Assembly: GCA_963805945.1 (NCBI GenBank)
Contig: CAWDVP010000001.1
Location: forward strand, 384,770 to 448,769
DNA length: 64,000 bases
Reading direction: 5' to 3'
Origin: Vulcanimicrobiota bacterium
GTDB taxonomy: Bacteria > Vulcanimicrobiota > Vulcanimicrobiia > Eremiobacterales > Eremiobacteraceae
Shown: positions 1 to 7,157 of the stretch, piece after piece
Numbering within the stretch: the stretch's first letter is position 1
Layout of the letters: every line of letters begins with the position of its first letter
The notes under the pieces: generated by a model
What the model was told of the DNA's origin: nothing
Seen by the model: only the letters and a program-made list of their open reading frames with translations
Databases searched by the model: none
Made by a program: the position numbers and the translations under genes

Positions 1-716
1 ATGACGAGGGTTGCCGAACTCGACCCGTAACTGATCGTCTCAGCGGACGTCGCCTTCTTTTGGAAGGAACCGTAAAGGATGGCCCCAGTCCATCCAACCG
101 ACGGGGTCTTTGTGACGCTCTCGGGGGGATCCACGGGTTGGGTGAGGTAACGCTGGCGCGAAATCGGGAACCACACCAAAGTTTGGTCGCTATGGAGCTT
201 GTACACCGGCACGCTCGCCGCGGCCAGCCACTGTTGGTACGCGTCCGGATCCTTTGACGGATCGGGGCGTAGGCCGTAGCCTGCGCTTACCAGTTCTTCC
301 TGCGTGAAACGACGCGGATCGCCGGCAAGAGCGGGCCGAACCGCCAGAGTCGTGCGCGATGGGTCAAACGGGCGCGGTTCGAAAGTCAGCTCCGAGCGAA
401 GATCGACGGAATAGGTCTTGGCCTGTTGACTGGCATCGGTGCAATCGAGCGTCAGCCGCTCGACGCTGTTCAGCAGCGTCGGACGCACCGCGAGGAAGCG
501 GATCACGCCATCCTCATCCGCATAGACGTGGATAGACTGGTTCGGGTCCTGGTTCCCTTCGGGGTGAAGCATGCAGTTGCTATCTGCGGGGGCGTCGACC
601 GACGCCTGCTCAAATTGAGCATCACCGGCAGGCTCTGCGGCGGCGGAAAACAGCAGACCCAAGATCATTATTGCGCACACTGTGCCGTAACGGCGGGAGG
701 AAATATAGCCTTCCAT
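1..716 (-). CDS. Secreted protein, partial (runs off left edge); possible G1/A4-family glutamic peptidase precursor
   Basis: Not in the ORF track because its stop lies outside the window. Manual translation from ATG 716 (RBS AGGAGG upstream) is open to position 1: MEGYISSRRYGTVCAIMILGLLFSAAA (signal-like)...GYGLRPDPSKDPDAYQQWLAAAS...SVGWTGAILYG. The pattern resembles G1 peptidase propeptide and N-terminal motifs (inference). Confidence 0.6.
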   Translation of the reverse strand, partial: MEGYISSRRYGTVCAIMILGLLFSAAAEPAGDAQFEQASVDAPADSNCMLHPEGNQDPNQSIHVYADEDGVIRFLAVRPTLLNSVERLTLDCTDASQQAKTYSVDLRSELTFEPRPFDPSRTTLAVRPALAGDPRRFTQEELVSAGYGLRPDPSKDPDAYQQWLAAASVPVYKLHSDQTLVWFPISRQRYLTQPVDPPESVTKTPSVGWTGAILYGSFQKKATSAETISYGSSSATLV

Positions 717-792
717 AGCACGCCTCCTCTGATTCAGAAGTTCCTCGGTGGACCGGGTTCTTTCATTGCCGCCGGAGGCCCCTTCGGCCCCG

Positions 793-1458
793 TCAGGACT
801 TGCCTTTCGGCTTGTAATCCGCGCCGAGATACCGCAGGAACGCCCGAACGAGCTCCTCGACCAATTCATCATCGGTCTTGGGCAAGCGCGGATCAGGCGT
901 GCCGGGCAGCGCATCGAACACGATGATCTCTTGCAGCGCGAATCCCACGAGCATGAGGGCGAACGGCGCCGCTTTGCGGAGATCCGGGTGGCTCATCTCA
1001 TCACGCTTCAACAAGAGGAAGTCTGCAACGCGTTGGACCGAGCGAGCGTTGAGCTCGGCGGCCTTTTTCTTGAACGCGGCACTGGGATGCGACAAGATGA
1101 ACTGATGCATCGCGCGCAGCATTTTGGCGTTCCGCCGTTGCGCGGCCAGGCTCTGCCGGACCAAAGTCTCGGCGAATGCCTGAAGCGACAGACGCTCGGC
1201 CAGGTCCGATGTCAGCACCGACGCCGTCGACGCGTCGAGCGACTCGAGGGTCTGCAGGACGACCGCGCGCATGAGGGCGTCCTTGTCCGGGAAACGGCGA
1301 TACACCGAACCAGGCGATAGGCCGGCACGGGCTGCGACTTTGGGGACGGTCGCCGCGTCCAGGCCTTTCTCGTTGAGGATCTCCCGCGCGGCTTTCATCA
1401 GCCGCTCGAGGGACTCGCGGCTTCGCGCTTGCTGGGGCGCCAGGGGTTTTTTGGCCAT
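793..1458 (-). CDS. TetR/AcrR family transcriptional regulator
   Basis: N-terminal HTH (AAREILNEKGLDAATVPKVAARAGLSPGSVYRRFPDK); divergent from an MFS gene. Confidence 0.93.
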   Translation of the reverse strand: MAKKPLAPQQARSRESLERLMKAAREILNEKGLDAATVPKVAARAGLSPGSVYRRFPDKDALMRAVVLQTLESLDASTASVLTSDLAERLSLQAFAETLVRQSLAAQRRNAKMLRAMHQFILSHPSAAFKKKAAELNARSVQRVADFLLLKRDEMSHPDLRKAAPFALMLVGFALQEIIVFDALPGTPDPRLPKTDDELVEELVRAFLRYLGADYKPKGKS

Positions 1459-1498
1459 GCTCCGTTCTCGCGTCCGCCCCGTCTATCGAAACGGGGTC

Positions 1499-1533
1499 TT
1501 GACACAATGTGAATGTGGGTTTACATTTACATT
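1499..1533 (+). promoter_or_regulatory. Sigma70 promoter of the MFS gene overlapped by a palindromic TetR-type operator
   Basis: TTGACA (1499-1504), 17 bp, TACATT (1522-1527). Inverted repeat AATGTGAATGT (1506-1516) / ACATTTACATT (1523-1533), 10/11 match. Confidence 0.75.
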
Positions 1534-1538
1534 TGCCT

Positions 1539-2765
1539 ATGACACCAGCAGTTCCTTCCGCCCCGCCCGGAGCGGGTTCCCCACTGCGCAACCGTTATTT
1601 CCGCCTGTTGTGGGCAGGCCGGGCGATTTCCGCCCTCGGGGACCAATGCTACCTGGTGGCGCTGCCATGGCTCATCCTGCAGTTGACGAACTCGGGCGTC
1701 GCGCTCGGTACCATTATGATGACCGGCGCGATCCCGATGGTCGTGCTCATGCTCGTGGGCGGTGTGCTCAGCGATCGCTTCTCCGCGCGACGAATCCTCA
1801 TCGCGACGACCTCAGTCCGCGCCATATGCGTCGCGGCGATAGGCGCGCTCGTCGCCCTTCACGCGGTGGCGCTCTGGCAGATCTACCTCCTCGCGCTCGC
1901 CTTCGGCAGTGCGGACGCTTTTGCTGCGCCCGCCTCTCAGACGCTCGTGCCCTCCATCGTCGACGCGCAGCAGCTGCCGGCTGCCAACTCCATCACCCAG
2001 AGCACGCAGCAACTGACGACGATCGTCGGGCCGGCGCCGGCCGGGCTGATCGTCAAGCTGTGGGGAATCCCGCAAGCGTTCTTCATCGACGCGTTCAGTT
2101 TTCTCTTCGTCATCGCCGCGCTGTGGCGGCTCCCGGATCCGCCGGCAGCGCCCACGGCCAAGACGCGCGCCGGCATCCTGGAAGCGATCGTGGAGGGATT
2201 ACGCTACATCAACGACGATGTCGCCATGCGCTCGCTGCTGTTCGTCGCTGCGGCGCTGAACTTCTGCGTCTCCGGTCCGGTGTCGATCGGATTGGCATGG
2301 ATCGCCAAGCAGCATTTCGGCTCACCGATCGCGTTCAGCATCTTCGTCGCCTCGGTCGCTGCCGGCGGTCTTGTCGGTGCCGCCGTAGCGGGGATCTACA
2401 AGCCGCGCAAACGCGGCCTGCTGATGCTGACGATCAGCGTCTCGATAGCGCTCGGCATGGCGCTGCTCGGCGTCGTGACGCAAGCGTGGACGCTGAGCAT
2501 GGTGCTGTTCGTCATGGGTGCGGCGTCCGGATTTCTCAACGTGCATATCGTGGCCTGGTTCCAGCAGCGCGTCGACCGCACCATGCTGGGTCGGACCATG
2601 AGCGTCATCATGCTCGCGGCGGTGGGTCTGCAGCCCATCTCGCTGGCGATCGCCGGCGTCGCCGTCGCATGGAGCGTCGAAGGCATGTTCGCCGGCGCCG
2701 CCGCGCTGATGCTGCTGGTCACCACGCTAGCGGCGCTTCATGCACCGGTGCGAGAAATTCAGTGA
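1539..2765 (+). CDS. MFS transporter (DHA3/MFS_3-like efflux permease)
   Basis: About 12 hydrophobic segments; PLRNRYFRLLW and GGVLSDRFSARR motifs; ATG 1539 lies just downstream of the promoter. Confidence 0.9.
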   Translation: MTPAVPSAPPGAGSPLRNRYFRLLWAGRAISALGDQCYLVALPWLILQLTNSGVALGTIMMTGAIPMVVLMLVGGVLSDRFSARRILIATTSVRAICVAAIGALVALHAVALWQIYLLALAFGSADAFAAPASQTLVPSIVDAQQLPAANSITQSTQQLTTIVGPAPAGLIVKLWGIPQAFFIDAFSFLFVIAALWRLPDPPAAPTAKTRAGILEAIVEGLRYINDDVAMRSLLFVAAALNFCVSGPVSIGLAWIAKQHFGSPIAFSIFVASVAAGGLVGAAVAGIYKPRKRGLLMLTISVSIALGMALLGVVTQAWTLSMVLFVMGAASGFLNVHIVAWFQQRVDRTMLGRTMSVIMLAAVGLQPISLAIAGVAVAWSVEGMFAGAAALMLLVTTLAALHAPVREIQ

Positions 2766-3138
2766 CTGCTCATCGGCGCCCCAAGTATGTCCTTGGGCGC
2801 TGCTGTTCTCAACGTTGGGCATTCGAACACGCGCTCGTGCAGGGATGACGGAGGATGTGCAAACCACATGGACCCAACGCCTTGACCTGATAGCGCTCCA
2901 TGACGATGGACCCGGTCAGCGTGGCACAAAGTGAACAGGGTTCTGCTCATCAAGCGCGCTGGGGTCGGCTATAAGCAGGCGGAAGACAACTGGTACCATA
3001 TCGTGTATCCGCCGATCGAGCACTCCGGCTGGATCTGCTGCTGCGCGGATTAGCGTACCCAGTTCTTCGGCTTCGACCACGTCGACACGCGCGTGCGTTC
3101 GCTCGCCGTGGTCGAGCCGTTCTTTTATAGCACTGCGG

Positions 3139-3271
3139 ACCGCACGTTGCCAATTTCCTTACCGGACGTTTCGGCTCGCCACCCATCAATTGCATAGTTG
3201 GCGCCCGCGCGTTCCAAGATAGCCTTGCACCTGCGTCCTTGCAAATACGAACGTCCGGTCACCGATTCAAA
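3139..3271. repeat. Cluster of ACCGGACGTT motifs (island spacer 1)
   Basis: ACCGCACGTT 3139-3148 (9/10), ACCGGACGTT 3161-3170, inverted copy 3250-3259 (minus strand TTTGAATCGGTGACCGGACGTTC). Confidence 0.8.
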
Positions 3272-3296
3272 GCGCTCTCCGGCGGAGAAAAAATCC

Positions 3297-3764
3297 TCAG
3301 TGCCCTGACCGCGACCCTTCGCCGAAGTGGTCGATGACAAAGCAAGGGCCATCTGGACCTTCGCCCCCGTTGTGGACCGTGAAGTTCATAAGCTTGGTCG
3401 GTCCGGATACTGCTGCTGCAAGAAGCACGCTTCCGGGGCCGCCGAAGACGCTTGGGACCCTATTTGCGGCCGTGAAGTGGAAACCCATTTGGAGAATTGT
3501 GGCTGAAAAAGGGCAGAACTGGTTCGGCTCGGACGTCTTGACCGCACGATTTGAATAGGCGCACTCGCCGGGCTGCAGACCTGACGAAGCAGGTCCCTTG
3601 CTCCTCGAGAAAGTGACCGTAGCCGAGTTTGGCGCGGTCCACATCGCGGCATTCATTGCGCCGATCTTGCAGGTAAACGGGAAGCTTGCTGCACCGGCCG
3701 GCGCAAGGGTCGAAAGCGGCAACCCCAACGCGAGGGCAAGGATGAGCGCAAGTCGCTTTAACAC
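3297..3764 (-). CDS. Secreted hypothetical protein with four Cys
   Basis: GAGGAGG RBS before GTG 3764; signal peptide MLKRLALILALALGLPLSTLAPAGA. Confidence 0.75.
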   Translation of the reverse strand: MLKRLALILALALGLPLSTLAPAGAASFPFTCKIGAMNAAMWTAPNSATVTFSRSKGPASSGLQPGECAYSNRAVKTSEPNQFCPFSATILQMGFHFTAANRVPSVFGGPGSVLLAAAVSGPTKLMNFTVHNGGEGPDGPCFVIDHFGEGSRSGH

Positions 3765-3882
3765 TTGAACCTCCTCGGGGCTCGCCAACGTAAGCACGTA
3801 GCCTATAATGCCCCGGATGGTCGAACCTTTTCGACGCCATTGTCGTTATCGGCCTGGCTGAGCGAAGTGGCCTATGCGAAGT

Positions 3883-4869
3883 CTATCCTTGACCAGGCAG
3901 GAACCTTGCGTGAACGAGTGTCTGAAAGCTCGTTAGGAACCAGATCGTTCCGTCTCTAGCAAAAAGAATCGTTCCGCTGTGACGGGTTCCCAGCTGGACC
4001 GGCGCGCACGAGACCCGTTCGCTCGGATCGACTCGGCAGAGGCCCCGAGCCCAGACCCATGCGCTGTGGTCGGGTCCCACCGTGAACAGCAAGTCGAGTG
4101 GCATGTGTGCGCCCCACGAACTGAAGTCGATCAATTGCAAGCGCTTGCTCGTGCCATCGACCTGAATGTGAATAATACCGAAAGAATCACCTTCCCAGTC
4201 ACACGCTGGCCTCGAAAGCTTTGCTAGCTCGAACGTCGTTGGGTCGATCCGATAAGACGCGTGCGCCGTATGTGCGACCGCAACCCCGCAATCGACGCTG
4301 GGGTACGCCGACTCCGGTAACCTTACGGGCACAAATTGCTGGTCGGTGCTGCGAAGCGCAAATAGGGATGTGGGAACGCCACGTGACTGACGTCGGAGCC
4401 AGAGTGTTCCCTGAGAGTCGACGCTAAGTCCATCAAAGTTATCCAGAGTACCCCTGCTGTCATGTGACGGGACGTTATATGTATAGAGGTCGTAGTTCAC
4501 TCTCTTCCAAACCGTGACTGTGTTGTAGCGCGGTAGCGCAGCGGCAAAGCTATCCGCAGAAATGATGTTACCGCTTACGTCGACGTCGCGTTCAACAAAG
4601 ACCAGTTTGAGGTTTCTGCCGATCTGCATGACGTTGCCCCGACCATCTTGTGGGTCTGATGCAAGCCAAACAGTCGTTCCATCGTGAACGTCCATAGCAA
4701 AACTCGGACCATGCATGTCGTCGTCGGATAGGTTGAAGGTATTCAGAATCTGAAGGTGCGCCGGCGCTCGAGGAACACACCTCGGGCACTCTTGGGCGTT
4801 CGCGCGAAGACTGCTCGTGAAAAACAGAGCGCACATAACCCAGAAGAGCCGCGAAAGTCCGACCTTCAT
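3883..4869 (-). CDS. Secreted hypothetical protein, probable beta-propeller
   Basis: Signal-like MKVGLSRLFWVMCALFFTSSLRANA; repeated strand motifs (VDSQGTLW, VGPDHSAW, FARDGTIWF). Start inferred; the ORF track extends to 4950. Confidence 0.65.
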   Translation of the reverse strand: MKVGLSRLFWVMCALFFTSSLRANAQECPRCVPRAPAHLQILNTFNLSDDDMHGPSFAMDVHDGTTVWLASDPQDGRGNVMQIGRNLKLVFVERDVDVSGNIISADSFAAALPRYNTVTVWKRVNYDLYTYNVPSHDSRGTLDNFDGLSVDSQGTLWLRRQSRGVPTSLFALRSTDQQFVPVRLPESAYPSVDCGVAVAHTAHASYRIDPTTFELAKLSRPACDWEGDSFGIIHIQVDGTSKRLQLIDFSSWGAHMPLDLLFTVGPDHSAWVWARGLCRVDPSERVSCAPVQLGTRHSGTILFARDGTIWFLTSFQTLVHARFLPGQG

Positions 4870-4932
4870 CTCTCTGGCAGCATCATAGCCGATATCCCCC
4901 AGATGGTCGCTCCAGATCGGCAAGAAACCGAT

Positions 4933-4958
4933 CGCGTGTCCCTTGCACAACTCTTTTT
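4933..4958. repeat. Internally deleted right-end copy of a second, tandem element
   Basis: CGCGTGTCCCTTGCACAACTCTTTTT resembles the right TIR GTGTCCC...GCACAACTCTTTTTT and abuts the 15-bp core. Confidence 0.7.
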
Positions 4959-4973
4959 AGGCCGCGTCAGCGC
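4959..4973 (+). repeat. 15-bp target duplication / att core, left copy (equals secA 3' end)
   Basis: AGGCCGCGTCAGCGC, identical to 10142-10156. Confidence 0.9.
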
Positions 4974-5103
4974 AAAAAAGAGTTATGTCCGGCTGTTTTG
5001 GGGTACCGGCGCGGTGCCCACGGTCCGATACGGCAAGACACTGTGATTTACCATGGTGTTATGGTGACCTGCAACCGAATCGCTACAATACGGTAGAGAA
5101 CCG

Positions 5104-5226
5104 GTGGAAACGTCCGGTTCCGCCGGTCGCAACCATAAGGCTCCACAGTGCGGTTATGCGGGTCAGCGGCTGCCGGCGCTGCAACAGCTCACACTTCAAA
5201 CCATCGTCGGTAACCGGACGTTCCAC
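5104..5226. repeat. Inverted pair of ACCGGACGTT motifs forming a long imperfect hairpin (island spacer 2)
   Basis: GTGGAAACGTCCGGTT (5104-5119) pairs with AACCGGACGTTCCAC (5212-5226) with one bulged base. Confidence 0.75.
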
Positions 5227-5236
5227 GTTAGTTAGA

Positions 5237-6244
5237 TCATCGCAAGGTCACAGGTGCAACTGGGACGCTTTCGGACACCGCGCTCAAGGGTGCAGGGTAA
5301 GAAAAGTCGACGCCGGAGACCTTGACGACGGCCTGCCACGCGGCTTCCTGGTTGGCGCGATCGTGAAAGTGCGGGTGGCGCATCGCCTCAATTGGGCCGG
5401 TGAGCTTCTTCGGCGCCGAGGCGAAGAATTGCCCTGAGACGTCGGTTCCGAACTCCGATGCCTGGAGGTAGCGACGGGCTGCGGTCTCCGGAGTATGAGA
5501 CATGCCGGGGATAAGCTTCATTAACGGAATCATCAGCCACTTCAAGGCCGGGCCAGCGTTTCGCGTCGCCTTGGTGTCGGGCGCGCTGCCGGGCGAGACG
5601 GCGTACACGGCCATGCCTGAGGGTAGCCGGCGTGCCAGTGCAGCGGCCCACCAAGCGACGACGAGCTTCGCGTCGGCATACGCCCGGTTGGGCTCGTACT
5701 TCACGTTCGGCCCGCTGCGCACCAGGGCTTCTACCGCGGCGCTTCGGTCACCCTGGTGATGCGTGGCCGCGAAGGCTGCCACGTCGGTGTAGCTGAACAT
5801 TGGTACGTCCCCTCGGGCAGCTTCCGAGCTGGTGATAACAATCCGCGCGTTGGGGCTCAGCAGGTTGGCGCGGAGCAAGCCGACAGTCAGTTGATGATGG
5901 CCGATCAGCGGGGCCTGAGCCGCCTCGACGCCCGCCTCAGTGAGCACGCGCTTCTTACCTCCGACCATCCCTGCATTGAGCAGCAGGAAATCGACCGGCC
6001 GACCTCGCTTGACGAGTTCGGCGAGCGCGGACTGAACGCTGGACGGCGAGTCCAGATCCAGCTCTAGCGGCGTAAAGACCTGCGTCTTGGTCTCAGCTGC
6101 GAGCTCAGCTGACGTTTCCTGTACCCGGGCCCAGCTGCGCCCGGTGACGATGACCTCGCGGTAGCCCTCTGCGGCAAGCATGCGGGCTGCCGCATGACCA
6201 AGCCCCGAGGTAGTGCCGGTGACGAGAGCGATCGAATGTTCCAT
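5237..6244 (-). CDS. SDR family NAD(P)-dependent oxidoreductase (retinol dehydrogenase/WWOX-like)
   Basis: ALVTGTTSGLG, LLNAG, YADAK (YxxxK); GGAGG RBS before ATG 6244. Confidence 0.9.
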   Translation of the reverse strand: MEHSIALVTGTTSGLGHAAARMLAAEGYREVIVTGRSWARVQETSAELAAETKTQVFTPLELDLDSPSSVQSALAELVKRGRPVDFLLLNAGMVGGKKRVLTEAGVEAAQAPLIGHHQLTVGLLRANLLSPNARIVITSSEAARGDVPMFSYTDVAAFAATHHQGDRSAAVEALVRSGPNVKYEPNRAYADAKLVVAWWAAALARRLPSGMAVYAVSPGSAPDTKATRNAGPALKWLMIPLMKLIPGMSHTPETAARRYLQASEFGTDVSGQFFASAPKKLTGPIEAMRHPHFHDRANQEAAWQAVVKVSGVDFSYPAPLSAVSESVPVAPVTLR

Positions 6245-6306
6245 GGGCGCGCCTCCGTAGTGAAGGGGGAAGGTCGAGTCGTGAGGCCCCGCGAGGCCAG
6301 GTCGAC

Positions 6307-6358
6307 TTGCCAATTTCGAACCTTTCAGTATAATAATGGATTAGATGGTCAAGGTCAA
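6307..6358. promoter_or_regulatory. Overlapping divergent sigma70 promoters for tetR and SDR
   Basis: Plus strand: TTGCCA 6307-6312, 16 bp, TATAAT 6329-6334. Minus strand: TTGACC 6358-6353, 17 bp, TATTAT 6335-6330. Confidence 0.55.
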
Positions 6359-6373
6359 GGAGTTTCGAACTAA

Positions 6374-6979
6374 ATGATTCAAAATGCCGCCAGGCCGCGT
6401 GGACGACCGCGTAGCTTCAACGAGAGCGCCGCGCTGGAAAAAGCGATCCAAGTGTTCTGGTTGAAAGGCTACGACGGAGTGACCATCGACGATCTCGTCG
6501 CAGGGATGGGAGTCGGGCGACCGAGCCTGTATTCAGTTTTTGGGTCCAAGCGAAGGATATTCTTGCGTGTCCTCCACGCGTACGCCGAGAGGAAGGGCGC
6601 TCTCGCCGCGAAGGCACTTCTCTCGCCGCAGGCTCTGCGCGACTCGGTCGCAAGCTTTCTGAGGTACGCCGTCGCGAGCGCGACCGAGAAAGGAAGCGCC
6701 TCGGGGTGTCTTCTCATGTGCGTCGCGCCGCTTGTGAACGACGTTGAGGTGCGGCAGTTCCTACGGAACAATGCCGCTGCCGCCGTGGACCTAGTAGAAC
6801 GTCGTTTCCAATCCGGGATCAGCGCGGGCGAAATCCCATCCGACTTTCCGGTCGCCGCACGCGCGAACCAGGTCCTCGACCTTGCCCGCGGTCTGACGAT
6901 GCGTGCACAGATTGGCATGTCGCGTAAGACGCTACTCAATGACGCCGAGGAAGCGGCCGACTTGGTGCTCCTACCATAG
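6374..6979 (+). CDS. TetR family regulator (NemR/ComR-like)
   Basis: RGRPRSF...FWLKGYDGVTIDDLVAGMGVGRPSLYSVFGSK; GCLL motif. Confidence 0.92.
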   Translation: MIQNAARPRGRPRSFNESAALEKAIQVFWLKGYDGVTIDDLVAGMGVGRPSLYSVFGSKRRIFLRVLHAYAERKGALAAKALLSPQALRDSVASFLRYAVASATEKGSASGCLLMCVAPLVNDVEVRQFLRNNAAAAVDLVERRFQSGISAGEIPSDFPVAARANQVLDLARGLTMRAQIGMSRKTLLNDAEEAADLVLLP

Positions 6980-7040
6980 CGTCGAAATGCGGCGGTTGTG
7001 ATCTCCGGCTAGCCTAGCCGCGGTCTCACTGAAACAGAGC

Positions 7041-7138
7041 ACCGGACGTTTGAGTCGGTGACCGGACGTTTCATTGATCGCGCAAATTGCAAGTAGCTTC
7101 ACGCGTGTCCCATAACAGCCGGGGCCTTGTGGGACACG
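7041..7138. repeat. Tandem ACCGGACGTT motifs plus a degenerate inner TIR copy / hairpin (island spacer 3)
   Basis: ACCGGACGTT at 7041-7050 and 7061-7070. GTGTCCCATAACAGCCGGGG (7105-7124) is 17/20 to the right TIR. CGTGTCCCA/TGGGACACG stem at 7104-7138. Confidence 0.75.
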
Positions 7139-7157
7139 GCAAGATCCGGCGCGCCGG

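Noticed and set aside
2931..3053. Short ORF VNRVLLIKRAG...NWYHIVY...GWICCCAD, possibly an SH3-like remnant
   Set aside because: About 40 codons, no clear RBS; too weak to call.
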